This document shows positions 36,891-47,086 of a stretch of 64,000 nucleotides of DNA, piece by piece. The notes under the pieces were generated by a model, which saw nothing but the letters and a program-made list of their open reading frames with translations, was not told the origin of the DNA and did not search any database. A program made the position numbers and the translations under genes. Position 1 is the first letter of the stretch. Each line of letters starts with the position of its first letter. The DNA lies in IMG/VR virus record IMGVR_UViG_3300028840_003717; one strand, written 5' to 3'. This DNA comes from a virus.

Positions 36891-39538
36891 CGGCGGACAG
36901 GGACTTCCTGGAGCTGACCAGGCGGATGGACAAGCGGATGGACGCCCTCCAGGATGGGACCTCCTCCCTGTCCTCGGAGGTGGATGGCCGGCTCAACGCC
37001 CTGGAGCGGGACAGCCACGTCCACAAGGACCCGGACACCATGGTCCCCGGTGAGCCCACCCCGGAGGTGGCGGCCATCGTGGCCAGGCTCCAGGCCGTGG
37101 AGGGTGAGCTGGAGGAGGACAACCTGGACGCCAGGACCACGGCCCTTGAGGAGCGGTTTCTGGAACTGGAGGCCCACCTCCGGACCATGGAGGCCAGGCT
37201 CACGGCTATCCCGGACCAGGACGAACGTGACCAGCTCAACGCCAGGGTGGACGGCCTGGCCCGGAGCCAGGAGGCCCTGGAGGCTGGCCTGGACACCCTC
37301 ACCCCCCAGGGGACCACCACGGAGCTGGCCTCCCGTGTGGCGGCCGTGGAGGCCCAGCTTGGTCAGAAGGCCAACGCGGGGGCCGTGGCGGCCGTCTCCC
37401 GTCAGCTTGGGGCCATGGTGGACCAGGCGGATGAGGCCAACCTGGACGGCCGGCTCACGGGCCTCCTGGACCGGCTGGTCCAGGCGGAGCGAACCTTGCT
37501 CAGTGTGACGTCCAGGATGGACGCCCTGGAGGAGGGACGGGAGCTGGAGTCCAAGGCCCAGGCCATCCTCACCAGGGTGGTCAAGGTGGAGGCGGCGGAC
37601 AAGGAACGGAGGGAGGAGCTGGCGTCCGTGGGCCGGAGACATGACCGGCTCACCAGGCGGATGGACAAGGACCGGCCCAACCACCTCCAGCCGGAGTCCA
37701 TCCTGGCCAGGCTGGAGCTGTTGGAGCCCAGGGTGGCGGCCGTGGAGGAGGAGGCCAAGGTCCGGACCTCCAACGCCCTCCGCCTTGATGAGCTGGAGGG
37801 CCAGGTGGCCAAGCTGGCCACAGGCAAGGCCACGGCCTCCTCCATGGCCTCCCTCCGCCGGGACGTCAACGCCAGGCTCCAGGCTCAAACGGAGCGGATG
37901 GACACCCTGGAGGCGGACGTCACCATGGTTGGGGACCGGGCCACGGAACCAAGGCTCCAGGACCTGGAGGGCCAGGTGGCCAGGCTGGCCGGCAAGCTGG
38001 ACCGTGAGGGGGGAAGGGGGGAGCCTCACCTGGCTCCGCCCCCGGCGGAGCCTCCGCGTTTCAACCCTCCGGAGCTGGACCCGGAGGAGGTGGCCAGGGC
38101 CGTCCGTGACCATCTCCCCAGGTCCACCGTGGAGCTGGCGGCGGACAAGCGGAGGACCAGGGAGCCCACGGACGCGGAGATGGACCAGGAGGTGGACGCC
38201 AGGACGGACCCCAGGTGGAGGCCGGAGGACCGTGGCCCCTTCCTCCTCACCCAGGGACTGGACGTGGTGGAGCTGGTCACCAGGCTGGAGGATGTCCTCC
38301 GGGACCACTCCCGGATGGGCCTGACCATCACGGACCAGGCGGAGGCCATCGTGGACTACCTCCGATCGGTCAGGTGGGGGGACCTCACGGACTCCACCCC
38401 GGGACCATCGCAGTCAATCGCCGGTCAGGGACAGCCCCCCCCTAGCTGTCCCCCACAGGCCCCCTCCCTGGCTCCAGGGCGGCCCATGACGGCCGGGGAG
38501 CCGGCCCGGGACTGTAGGGCCACCCCCAGCTCCCGGCCCTCCACGGGCCTCCTGGGGGCCTCTACGGGGACGGTCTCCAAGCTCCGGACCAAGCTCCAGG
38601 AGATGGCCAGGTGGGTCAGGACCTCCGCTCCACCCCCCACGTCCGTGGCCGATGAGCTGGACTGGACGGCTCAACGGGTGGCGGAGCTGACCCCGGCCCT
38701 CACCCCACCGGAGGACCAGGACCTCCAGCTCACCATCCGCCTCCGGTCCGGCCGGCTCACCACGGAGCTGACGGCCACGGACGGGGAGCTGGAGGCCAAG
38801 CTCACTGAGCTGGAGCGGAGCGGCCGTGTCCGCCGGACCGGCTACCTCCCGGACCACCCCAGCTCCCCGGAGTCCAAGGCCAGGAGGGCCACCCTGGAGG
38901 AGGTCCGGGACCACGTCATGGAGCGGATGGAGGGAGGGTTCACGGACCTGGGGGAGGTCCTGGACATCCTCCAGGCCATGGAGGATGAGGCCCCGTGTCC
39001 GGACTCATCCGGACGGTGTGACGCGAAACCCCGGGAAACGGAGCCCACCATCCCGATCGATCCGGACACGGACTGGTCACCGGAGGAGGTCACGGCGGAG
39101 GCCATCACCAGCCTCCGGGCCGTGGCGGCTGGCAAGGGCCGGGAGGACATGACCACCCTCATGGTGAACCCGGCGGAGCTGGCGGAGCTGGCGGACCGGC
39201 TGGAGGTGGCGGCCAAGGTCCGCCAGGCCCTCCTGGCCCCGGCCTCCGCGGAGGGCTCACCGGCTCACCGGCTCCGGGAGATGGTGGGGTGGATGGAAGA
39301 CTCCGCCGGACACGTCCCGTCCGCCATGGAGGCCATGGAGGAGCTGGCCCGTGAGCTGGAGCTGGGGACTGGCCCTGTCCTCCCGGCCCACCGGGTCCTG
39401 GTCCTCCGTGAGGCCAAGGCGGCCCTGGACGCCCTGGAGGTGGAGATGGACCCGGAGGACCAGGCGGCGGCGGAGGAGGGCCTGGCGGCGGCCGTGGGGG
39501 CCGTGGAGGTCCTCATCCGGGAGGTGGACCATGGGTGA
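36887..39538 (+). CDS. Very large coiled-coil protein (883 aa)
   Basis: Repeated R-L-x-x-L-E heptads over the first ~370 aa. Confidence 0.7.
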   Translation: MTADRDFLELTRRMDKRMDALQDGTSSLSSEVDGRLNALERDSHVHKDPDTMVPGEPTPEVAAIVARLQAVEGELEEDNLDARTTALEERFLELEAHLRTMEARLTAIPDQDERDQLNARVDGLARSQEALEAGLDTLTPQGTTTELASRVAAVEAQLGQKANAGAVAAVSRQLGAMVDQADEANLDGRLTGLLDRLVQAERTLLSVTSRMDALEEGRELESKAQAILTRVVKVEAADKERREELASVGRRHDRLTRRMDKDRPNHLQPESILARLELLEPRVAAVEEEAKVRTSNALRLDELEGQVAKLATGKATASSMASLRRDVNARLQAQTERMDTLEADVTMVGDRATEPRLQDLEGQVARLAGKLDREGGRGEPHLAPPPAEPPRFNPPELDPEEVARAVRDHLPRSTVELAADKRRTREPTDAEMDQEVDARTDPRWRPEDRGPFLLTQGLDVVELVTRLEDVLRDHSRMGLTITDQAEAIVDYLRSVRWGDLTDSTPGPSQSIAGQGQPPPSCPPQAPSLAPGRPMTAGEPARDCRATPSSRPSTGLLGASTGTVSKLRTKLQEMARWVRTSAPPPTSVADELDWTAQRVAELTPALTPPEDQDLQLTIRLRSGRLTTELTATDGELEAKLTELERSGRVRRTGYLPDHPSSPESKARRATLEEVRDHVMERMEGGFTDLGEVLDILQAMEDEAPCPDSSGRCDAKPRETEPTIPIDPDTDWSPEEVTAEAITSLRAVAAGKGREDMTTLMVNPAELAELADRLEVAAKVRQALLAPASAEGSPAHRLREMVGWMEDSAGHVPSAMEAMEELARELELGTGPVLPAHRVLVLREAKAALDALEVEMDPEDQAAAEEGLAAAVGAVEVLIREVDHG

Positions 39539-39902
39539 CGGGGTGAGCCTGGGGAGGGGGGCTGTCCTCCATGACACAGGCAAGGCCATCAAGGTGGAGC
39601 TGGACGGACGGGCGGAGCCCCTGTGGGTCCCCAAGTGGGCCGTCCATGAGGACTCCGAGATCTGGACCGGCGGCCAGGAACCCGGGGAGCTGGTGGTGTC
39701 CTCCAGGTTTGCGGACCAGGAGGACCTGGAGCCGGTGACGGCCTCCTCCCCCTCCGCCAGGGAGCTGGAGCGGAGGGAGGCGGCCAGGCCGGTGGACCAC
39801 GGGCCGGCCATCCTCCAGGAGGTCCAGGCCCTCCGGGCTGAGGTGGGCCAGCTCCGGGAGCTGGTGTTCAAGCTGGCGGCAACGTGGGAGGTGGAGCCAT
39901 GA
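39531..39902 (+). CDS. Hypothetical protein
   Basis: HDTGKAIKV..LWVPKWAV beta-barrel-like small phage domain. Confidence 0.65.
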   Translation: MGDGVSLGRGAVLHDTGKAIKVELDGRAEPLWVPKWAVHEDSEIWTGGQEPGELVVSSRFADQEDLEPVTASSPSARELERREAARPVDHGPAILQEVQALRAEVGQLRELVFKLAATWEVEP

Positions 39903-40150
39903 GTCACGAAAGCAACAAGCAACGGTGGAGGAGGGACGGGACGGTCCACTACATCTCCGTGGAGGCCAGGCCGGCCCGGAAGGGAGGGGACGGCTACCAA
40001 TCCGTGTTGGACTGGTGTCCGGCCGGGGACTCCGGGGCCTGTGAGGCGTTCCAGGCCCTCCAACAGGCTGTCACGGCCAAGCGGACACCGGAGGAGGCGG
40101 CGGCCTTCTATCGGGAGCTGTTGGCCTGGGCCACGGCCCAAAGGGGGTGA
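39899..40150 (+). CDS. Hypothetical protein
   Basis: Coupled start; typical codon usage. Confidence 0.55.
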   Translation: MSHESNKQRWRRDGTVHYISVEARPARKGGDGYQSVLDWCPAGDSGACEAFQALQQAVTAKRTPEEAAAFYRELLAWATAQRG

Positions 40151-40590
40151 CCATGTGTCCTCATTGTGTCGCCATGGTCATCCTTGGGGTCATGTCCTGT
40201 GGCCTCATCCCGATCGGACGGTGGCTGTGGCTCCGGTGGCGGAGCCGGAGGGCCGGACCATCCGAGGCGGAGCGGGACCGTGGTGAGGCCATGGCCCAGG
40301 CCCAACGGAGGGCCAAGGCCATCCGGAGCCAGGTGGACCTCCACGGCCTCGGAGTCCAACCGGTGGAGCTGGCGGACGGGGTGACCATGTGGTCCGCCGG
40401 TGGCGGCCCTGGACAGGAGGCGGCGGCGGAGACGGGAGGGGAAGGATGGCGATCCGATGGGATGACCAGCCCTTGGGCCAGCTCCCGGACACGGAGCTGG
40501 CGGAGCGGCTGGGGGTGTCCGGAGTGGCCGTGGGCAAGGCCAGGAGGCGGAGGGGGATTCCGGCCTACAGCCCCACCGGCCATCCGTTGA
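40147..40590 (+). CDS. Hypothetical membrane protein
   Basis: N-terminal hydrophobic segment; 3' end overlaps the next ORF, so the boundary is uncertain. Confidence 0.4.
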   Translation: MTMCPHCVAMVILGVMSCGLIPIGRWLWLRWRSRRAGPSEAERDRGEAMAQAQRRAKAIRSQVDLHGLGVQPVELADGVTMWSAGGGPGQEAAAETGGEGWRSDGMTSPWASSRTRSWRSGWGCPEWPWARPGGGGGFRPTAPPAIR

Positions 40591-41363
40591 GTCCCCGGGG
40601 CCAGGGCCAACGGGCCGGGGTGGTGTGGGACGATCAGCCCTTGGGACTGGTCCCGGACAAGGAGCTGGCCAGGCGGCTGGGGGTGGACCCTTCATCCGTC
40701 CGATCGGCAAGGATGGTCAGGGAGCGGAAGGCCAGGGAGGTCAAGGCGGCCATGGACAGGCCCCGGCCACCGGAGGAGATGGCGGCGGACTTCAACGCGG
40801 CCCTGTCCGTCCCGGCCCCGGAGCCATGGGACCCCCAGGAGGTCCAGGCTATCCTGGCCAGGGAGGACCATGACCCTCACCGGTGGGCCAGCCAATACAT
40901 GGGCCAGCCCCTCCAGGAGGAGGAGCCGGAGCCACCGGAGGAGGAGCGGAGGCCCAGGCCCAGGACCGTGGCCGTACCGGCCCTCCCCGTCCACACCCCA
41001 AGGCCGGAGCCCAGGGAGCGGACGGAGCCCATCGTCCCCGGGGGGTGGCTCACGGTGGCCACACAGCCCCCAGGACGGCCTCCAGCTCCGAGGGACCCCA
41101 GGCCCATGGCCACCACCTCCGAGGCCACCAGGGCCAAGCCACGGCCCAGGGAGCTGGGCTCCAGCCACCACGCCCACCGGTGTCCGGTGTGTCGCCGGTG
41201 GAGGACCTGTGTGGACCCGTCCTGTGAGCTGGGCCTGGAGACGGATGACGGGGATCCGATGAGCTGGCGGACCTGTGACCGGTGTGTCCGGGAGCTGGGC
41301 CGGGAGACCACGGGCCACGTGATCCCTGTTGGCGGGACGTTCGGGTCATCCGGAAAGCTGTGA
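40446..41363 (+). CDS. Protein with two tandem HTH-like repeats and a C-terminal Cys motif
   Basis: WDDQPLG(Q/L)xPDxELAxRLGV.. twice; HRCPVC..C..CDRC. Confidence 0.7.
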   Translation: MAIRWDDQPLGQLPDTELAERLGVSGVAVGKARRRRGIPAYSPTGHPLSPRGQGQRAGVVWDDQPLGLVPDKELARRLGVDPSSVRSARMVRERKAREVKAAMDRPRPPEEMAADFNAALSVPAPEPWDPQEVQAILAREDHDPHRWASQYMGQPLQEEEPEPPEEERRPRPRTVAVPALPVHTPRPEPRERTEPIVPGGWLTVATQPPGRPPAPRDPRPMATTSEATRAKPRPRELGSSHHAHRCPVCRRWRTCVDPSCELGLETDDGDPMSWRTCDRCVRELGRETTGHVIPVGGTFGSSGKL

Positions 41364-41408
41364 AAGAACACAGGTTTCTGGTAGGATTAGAACCCTGGAG
41401 GTAGAGAC

Positions 41409-41933
41409 ATGACAAGCAAGGACGGAGCTGAGGTCCTGGACCTGTTCTCCCACGGCTACCGTGAACCCCCATCGGAGCCGGTGGACACGTCCATCATGGC
41501 GGCGGAGGACGCCAGGCCCACGGCCGGGACTCAACGGAGGCGGCTGTATGACGTCATCCGGAGGAGGGGGAGCCACGGGGCCACGGACGATGAGCTGGAG
41601 GTCCTCACCGGCCTGTCCCACCACACCGTCTCCCCCAGGCGGAGGGAGCTGGTCCTCCACGGCCTGGTCCGGGACTCCGGTGAGATGAGGCCAACACGGA
41701 AGGGGAGGATGGCCAAGGTGTGGGAGCTGGGGGTGGACCTGGACCCCGGTGAGGACCGTGGAGGCCCCATGGTCCAGGTCCCCATCAAGGCGGAGATCAG
41801 CCTGGCCCTCCAGGACATGAGGAGGCTGTGGACGGCGGCCAGGGAGGCCGGCTGTCCGGTCCTCCACCCCAGGGAGATGAACCTGGTGGGCCGGTGGCTC
41901 CGGGCCGTGGCCGGGGAGGAGGTGGACCGATGA
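41409..41933 (+). CDS. Winged-HTH DNA-binding protein
   Basis: GATDDELEVLTGLSHHTVSPRRRELVLHGLVRDSG..TRKGRMAKVW. Confidence 0.8.
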   Translation: MTSKDGAEVLDLFSHGYREPPSEPVDTSIMAAEDARPTAGTQRRRLYDVIRRRGSHGATDDELEVLTGLSHHTVSPRRRELVLHGLVRDSGEMRPTRKGRMAKVWELGVDLDPGEDRGGPMVQVPIKAEISLALQDMRRLWTAAREAGCPVLHPREMNLVGRWLRAVAGEEVDR

Positions 41934-42184
41934 GCCGGCCCAAGGGACTGGACGGCAAGGCCGGAGCGGAGCTGGCCTTGAGGAGGGCCTTGGCCAGGGT
42001 CAACGACTTCTCCAGGGCCACGGAGGAGGCATTGGATGAGGGCCTCCCCACCATCCAACACGTGAGGGCCATGGCGGAGGCGGCCTCCGCGGCCGTGGCT
42101 GAGGCCGGAGCCCTGGACGTGTTCCGGTTCCTGGCGGACGGGACTTACAGGGCCGTGGAGGTGGATGATGACGGACTATCTTAA
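41930..42184 (+). CDS. Hypothetical protein
   Basis: Coupled ATGA start. Confidence 0.55.
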   Translation: MSRPKGLDGKAGAELALRRALARVNDFSRATEEALDEGLPTIQHVRAMAEAASAAVAEAGALDVFRFLADGTYRAVEVDDDGLS

Positions 42185-42368
42185 GGAGCCACGGAATCCC
42201 GGCCTGGACGATGGCCGGTGTGGCCTGTGTGGCAAGCCTGGCCTGACGGAGGAGGACCGGTGTTATGGCTGTGGCTATCTGATCTGTGATGACCACGTGG
42301 GGGACCCGTGGGGGCCTCACCTGGTGGTCCAACACGATGATGAGGACGGGGAGGAGGTGGACCTATGA
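42165..42368 (+). CDS. Small zinc-finger protein
   Basis: CGLC..CYGC..ICDDH. Confidence 0.6.
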   Translation: MMTDYLKEPRNPGLDDGRCGLCGKPGLTEEDRCYGCGYLICDDHVGDPWGPHLVVQHDDEDGEEVDL

Positions 42369-43756
42369 CGGACCGTGACGTCCCGTGTGGACATGGCCAG
42401 GCGGACCCGTGTGACCGGACGTGTCCGGAGTGTGGAGCGGACCTCCGTGACCCTGACCAGCTCCGGGCGGACCGGCTCAAGGCCAAGGTCCAGGAGGAGC
42501 TGGAGGCGGCCCTCCGGCCGTTCACGGAGATGGAGCCGGAGGATGTGGACCGGCGGACCGTGGAGGCCGTGGTGGCCCAGGTCTTCCGCCGTCACTTGCC
42601 AGGGGTAGCCGATGAGGACCGGGCCTCCGTGGTCTCCATGGAGGTGGATGACAACGGGGTGGCCCACTGCACCCTCCGGGTCCCCGGCTGGGCCGGGGCG
42701 GCCATGGCCCTGTTGGAACCGGACGGGGAGCTGTCCGTCACCGTGGCGGCCGGGGAGATGGGGCCTGCCGTGGAGCCCACCGTGGTCCGGACGGCGGCGG
42801 AGGCGGCGGAGGTGTTCGGGGAGCCGGCCTCCTCCAGGCTCACCACGGCGGAGCGGGACGCCATGGTCACGGACCTGGTGGACTACGTGGAGGCCAGGAT
42901 CAGGGAGGAGGAGGCGGCGGCCGTGGCTGGGCTGGAGGCCGTGGACCAGGCGGACGTGGAGGCCGTCCCGGAGCTGGACCGGAAGGCCACGGAGCTGGTG
43001 GCCGGGTGGCTCCAGGAGGGAGGGTGTCAGGTCCTCCATGTGTCGGACGCGGACGCCATGGCGGAGTCCATCCGGACACACCCCATCATGGAGATCCCCG
43101 GTTCGGCCGTCCGGACGTTCTCACCGGCTCACCGGACCATCCACACGGAGGCCCAGGTCATCATCCCCCTCCGGACCACCAAGGATGAGTCCGAGGCCCT
43201 GGCGGAGTGGATGGCGGAGGTGTCCGGCCCCGTGGTGGACCGGGCGGACTGGACGTGGCCGGAGGGAGCCACCGGCCTCCGGCTGGAGCTGGCCACGGAC
43301 GTGGAGGTCCGGGACGGCCGGCTGGTCACCCCGGAGGGTGGCGTCAAGGGCCGGTTCGTGGACCCGGACGGTGTCCCTCCTGGCTCCATGGAGCTGGTGT
43401 GTCCGTCCAGGACGTGGCTACTCCAAGGGGTCTATCCCAAGGGCCGGAGCTGGCCGGAGGACCTGGCGGACGTGGCCGTGGGCCTCCAGCCCCTCCGGTG
43501 GGAGGTCACCGGGAGGGCCAGGCCATCGGTGGACCGGCCTGACCTCCAGGAGACGGACCTCCCCCACACGGAGGCCATCGGCCCCGGCCACGGCCTGGAG
43601 GATCAGGGTTGCCGGGAGTGTGGTGACCCGGGGGAGGTGGCCCACTACTACCTCACGGACGATGGCCCCGGGGTGACGGCCTACTGTGGCCCCTGTGCCA
43701 CGGAGCTGGACGGGGTGGCCTGGCCTCCGGAGGAGGTGGACGATGGCCAGGAGTAG
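42365..43756 (+). CDS. Hypothetical acidic multidomain protein
   Basis: 463 aa; terminal Cys motifs. Confidence 0.65.
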   Translation: MTDRDVPCGHGQADPCDRTCPECGADLRDPDQLRADRLKAKVQEELEAALRPFTEMEPEDVDRRTVEAVVAQVFRRHLPGVADEDRASVVSMEVDDNGVAHCTLRVPGWAGAAMALLEPDGELSVTVAAGEMGPAVEPTVVRTAAEAAEVFGEPASSRLTTAERDAMVTDLVDYVEARIREEEAAAVAGLEAVDQADVEAVPELDRKATELVAGWLQEGGCQVLHVSDADAMAESIRTHPIMEIPGSAVRTFSPAHRTIHTEAQVIIPLRTTKDESEALAEWMAEVSGPVVDRADWTWPEGATGLRLELATDVEVRDGRLVTPEGGVKGRFVDPDGVPPGSMELVCPSRTWLLQGVYPKGRSWPEDLADVAVGLQPLRWEVTGRARPSVDRPDLQETDLPHTEAIGPGHGLEDQGCRECGDPGEVAHYYLTDDGPGVTAYCGPCATELDGVAWPPEEVDDGQE

Positions 43757-44027
43757 GACAGGACGTCATCCGTCAAGCGGAGTCCCGGCCAGGTTGGGGA
43801 GCCACACGGACCAGGTGGCCTTTTCTCCGTGGGCCAATGACACGGGGGACCGGAGACACCGGCGGACGTGTGTGGTGTGTGGAGGCCGTGTGGAGGTGGC
43901 CATCATCACCACCAGGCCCCACCGGTGGGAGCGGGGGACGCGGCTGGACCGGGCCGTGTGTGTGGACTGTGTGAGGGAGCTGGAGGTGGTGGCGGACAAC
44001 ATGGAGGTGGACCATGGCGGACGGTGA
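43743..44027 (+). CDS. Small hypothetical protein (CVVC..CVDC)
   Basis: SD GGAGGTGG. Confidence 0.5.
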   Translation: MARSRTGRHPSSGVPARLGSHTDQVAFSPWANDTGDRRHRRTCVVCGGRVEVAIITTRPHRWERGTRLDRAVCVDCVRELEVVADNMEVDHGGR

Positions 44028-44298
44028 CCCGATCGGCGGCCCCTTGTTCCCGGCGGAGGTGGTGGAGACGGCCAGGACGGACCTCCCGGAGGGGGTGGAC
44101 GCGGTGGCTTGTGACAGGCGGACCAGGGTGAGGGTGGAGGCGGCGGCGGCCCTCCTGTCCCTGGGGGGTGGCCTCACCTTGGCGGAGGGCCGGAGGCTGG
44201 CCTGGAGGGCCGCCATCAACAGGGGGGACGCCACGGCCCTGACCGGCCTGGCGGAGGAGGATGGCCATGATACAAAGGGGGGAGGAGGTGAGCCATGA
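44014..44298 (+). CDS. Hypothetical protein
   Basis: SD GGAGGTGG; coupled to neighbours. Confidence 0.55.
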   Translation: MADGDPIGGPLFPAEVVETARTDLPEGVDAVACDRRTRVRVEAAAALLSLGGGLTLAEGRRLAWRAAINRGDATALTGLAEEDGHDTKGGGGEP

Positions 44299-44426
44299 CC
44301 AAGGGACGCAAGCAACGGCCGGCCAGTGAGATCTTGAAGGACAAGGACATCCAACAGGCCGTCAAGGACGGGGCGGCCAAGCCCCCCAAGACCAAGTCCG
44401 GCGGCAAGTCCAAGCGGCGGAAGTGA
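44295..44426 (+). CDS. 43-aa basic peptide
   Basis: MTKGRKQRPASEILKDKDIQQAVKDGAAKPPKTKSGGKSKRRK; strong SD. Confidence 0.55.
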   Translation: MTKGRKQRPASEILKDKDIQQAVKDGAAKPPKTKSGGKSKRRK

Positions 44427-44435
44427 CCCCGGCCA

Positions 44436-44717
44436 GTGAGCTGGCCCCCCTGGGCCGATGGGAGACCGGTCCCACCCCGGCCTGGTGAGATGAGGGACCT
44501 GGTGGTGGACGGCCTCCGCCGGCTGGCGGCGGACCACGGCCTCACCCCCACAGCCAACGCCCTGGAGCTGGAGGCCAACGTCCAGATCGCCACGGCGGCG
44601 GCCTACAAGCTGGACCCCGTCCAGGTGGTCCGGCATATGAGGACAGGCCCTCCGGACGATCGGACGGAGGCCACGATCAAGCGGCTGTCACCGGACGGCC
44701 AAGACAAAGGGAGGTAG
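44436..44717 (+). CDS. Hypothetical protein (start uncertain)
   Basis: Typical codon usage in the 3' part. Confidence 0.45.
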   Translation: MSWPPWADGRPVPPRPGEMRDLVVDGLRRLAADHGLTPTANALELEANVQIATAAAYKLDPVQVVRHMRTGPPDDRTEATIKRLSPDGQDKGR

Positions 44718-44722
44718 AGACG

Positions 44723-44944
44723 ATGGGACATGAGAACACGAAACGGGACGCGGTGGCCGGCCTGTTTGACCTGGAGCTGACCAGGATCAGGGACCGTCAG
44801 GCGGAGATCGCCCGGGAGCTGGCCAGCCTGGAGGCGGAGCGGTCCAGCCTGGACCGGGAGGCGGAGCGGCTGACGGAGCTGGGGGCCAAGGTGGAGGAGG
44901 CCCTGGTCATCCGCCGGACCTCCTCCAAGGGAGGGGGTGAGTGA
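44723..44944 (+). CDS. Small coiled-coil protein
   Basis: AGGTAGAG start motif. Confidence 0.65.
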   Translation: MGHENTKRDAVAGLFDLELTRIRDRQAEIARELASLEAERSSLDREAERLTELGAKVEEALVIRRTSSKGGGE

Positions 44945-45794
44945 CATGGACCACAACGCCAACAGGTTCCGGCCTGTGTTCGGTGACGATGATGAGGGCC
45001 GGACGGAGCTGGAGGGCCTACACCAACAGCTCCAGGCCCAGCTCACCGGCGGCGGACGCCAGGTGGAGGAGCGGCTGGAGGAGCTGACCAAGGGGACCGG
45101 CCGGCTGGTCCTGGCGGACGGATCACCGGTCCCGGCTCACTGGCCCGTGTTCAAGGACGGGGAGCTGGTCACCGTCAAGGACTACACGTTCCGGGTGGGA
45201 CACATCGGAGCGGCCCACCTCCTCCTGGAGCCCACGGGTCCCCTCCTGGTGGGCCAGGCGGAGCGGACGGTCCCGGACCAGGAGCAACACCCCCAGGCCA
45301 GGGAGGCGGCCTACCAGAAGGCCAAGGCCAGGGAGGCGGCCCAGGTTCTGATCCAGGAGATCGGAGCGGCCGGCCCGGAGGACCTGGTGGAGACGGCCAC
45401 CAGGGCGGCGGACCAGGTGGCCAGGCTCCGGACGGAGGTGGGGAGGCTGGAGGAGCTGGACCCGGCCTGGAACAAGCGGCTGGCCGGGGAGCGGCTGGAC
45501 CGTTGCCGGGAGCTGTGGAACGCGGTGGCCTACCTCACCACGGAGCTGTCCAGGGCCTTGGCCCACCAGGACGGCCACTCCAAGCCCAGCTCAACGGCCC
45601 GGGAGGTCCTACGGATCGCCAGGGTGGTCCAGGAGGGTGGCCCCCTTGGCCACCAGGGTCCGGACCTGGAGCCTGGTGTGGACGCCCTGTCCTTGGAGGA
45701 CCTGGACCGTGTCTCCGGGGCCAGGACCATGGCGGAGCTGGCCAGGCTCAGGGATGAGGCGGAGGCCAAGGCGGAGGAGGCGGACCATGGGTGA
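44937..45794 (+). CDS. Hypothetical protein
   Basis: Typical codon usage; coupled to neighbours. Confidence 0.6.
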   Translation: MSDMDHNANRFRPVFGDDDEGRTELEGLHQQLQAQLTGGGRQVEERLEELTKGTGRLVLADGSPVPAHWPVFKDGELVTVKDYTFRVGHIGAAHLLLEPTGPLLVGQAERTVPDQEQHPQAREAAYQKAKAREAAQVLIQEIGAAGPEDLVETATRAADQVARLRTEVGRLEELDPAWNKRLAGERLDRCRELWNAVAYLTTELSRALAHQDGHSKPSSTAREVLRIARVVQEGGPLGHQGPDLEPGVDALSLEDLDRVSGARTMAELARLRDEAEAKAEEADHG

Positions 45795-46548
45795 CATCCT
45801 GGACAAGCTGGAGGGGCTGTTCCGCTACATCACCCTCCACCTGGAGGAGGGGACCACGGAGGAGGTGGACCTGGAGGATGTGGCCACGTGGCTGGAGGCG
45901 GCCATGGACACCATCCGCCAGGGACGTGAGGACATGGACCGGGTGGTCAACAGGGCGGCCTCCCTCCAGGACATGGTCAAGGACCTCCGGCGGGAGGTGG
46001 GCCAGCTCCAGGGTGACCAGGTGGACGCGGCCGGTGAGCTGGCCATCCCCCTCCCGGAGCCAGGGACGAACACGGCCAAGCTGTTGTCCGCCAACGTCCA
46101 GCTCCGCCGGGAGCGGGACGGCCTCCAGGCGGAGCTGGCCACCCACCGGGCCATCTCCACACAGGCCGTGGCTGTCCTCCACCAGCTCCACGTCCAGGAG
46201 GGCCTGGACCTGGACGGGGAGGTCACCCTCCTCATGGCCAGGGTGAGGGTGGCCTCCGGCGGAGGGTGTGGGACTTGTCCCCTCCGGAGGACCCTGGCCG
46301 TGGCGTTCCAGGCCAGGAGGGGGGACTCCCCGGTCCGGTCCTCCTGTGGCCATCCGGAGATGGCCGTCCATGATCACCTGGAGGCGGACGTCACCAGGAG
46401 TCAACAGGACGCTGGTCCGGCTCCCGTGTGGTGTCCCCTCCGTGGTCAGCCGGAGGACCCGGCGGCGGAGCCTCCGGATGACCGGACTGAGGACACGGAC
46501 CCCGGACACACCCCGTCCGGTATCCCTTGGGGTGGAGGGATGGGATGA
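45787..46548 (+). CDS. Coiled-coil protein with C-terminal Cys motif
   Basis: CGTCPL..CGHP..PVWCPLR. Confidence 0.6.
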   Translation: MGDILDKLEGLFRYITLHLEEGTTEEVDLEDVATWLEAAMDTIRQGREDMDRVVNRAASLQDMVKDLRREVGQLQGDQVDAAGELAIPLPEPGTNTAKLLSANVQLRRERDGLQAELATHRAISTQAVAVLHQLHVQEGLDLDGEVTLLMARVRVASGGGCGTCPLRRTLAVAFQARRGDSPVRSSCGHPEMAVHDHLEADVTRSQQDAGPAPVWCPLRGQPEDPAAEPPDDRTEDTDPGHTPSGIPWGGGMG

Positions 46549-46853
46549 CGGCCAGGGCGGAGGCCCAGCTCCGGCTAGACGTGGCCCATCTCCGCCGGGA
46601 GCTGGACCAGGCGGAGACCACGGCGGAGCTGGCCAGGGAGGGCCAACGGCAAGCGGAGGCCCAGCTCCAGGTCCTGGAGGCCAGGGTGGAGGAGCTGACG
46701 GCCCAGCTCCGGGACGCCAGGGAGACCGTGGCCCAGGCTGTGACCAGGGATGTTCGGCCGGTCCCCACGGACGCCCACCAGGAGGTGGCCCGTCTCCGGG
46801 CCAAGGTGACGGAGCTGGAGGCCCAGCTCCAGGAACGCGGAGGTGATCGATGA
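46545..46853 (+). CDS. Small coiled-coil protein
   Basis: Heptad pattern; coupled to neighbours. Confidence 0.6.
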   Translation: MTARAEAQLRLDVAHLRRELDQAETTAELAREGQRQAEAQLQVLEARVEELTAQLRDARETVAQAVTRDVRPVPTDAHQEVARLRAKVTELEAQLQERGGDR

Positions 46854-47086
46854 GGTGGCTGGTGATGACGGCGGCCGTGGCCCTCTTGGCTTGTCCAGGC
46901 GGAGCGGCCGTGTGTGAACAGCTCCGGAGCCGGTGTGACGGCAACGTGGCCCAGGTGTGCAACTCCCACGGCCGGTGGGAGCCTGTCATGGACTGTGACC
47001 AGGTGGAGGGCCAGGACATGGCCTGGGCCTGTGGCATGGAGGAGGAGGAGGCCACGTGTCTCCCGGTGGAGGAGGTGGCTCCATGA
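46850..47086 (+). CDS. Small secreted Cys-rich (lipo)protein
   Basis: Signal MRWLVMTAAVALLAC; SRCDGNVAQVC..W..DC..C..C. Confidence 0.7.
   Translation: MRWLVMTAAVALLACPGGAAVCEQLRSRCDGNVAQVCNSHGRWEPVMDCDQVEGQDMAWACGMEEEEATCLPVEEVAP

Noticed and set aside
39525-45794. Hsp70-like EEVD C-terminal motif on several proteins (EVDHG, EEVDR, EEVDL, EEADHG)
   Set aside because: Explained by the overlapping RBS GGAGGTGGAC(C)ATG of the next gene.
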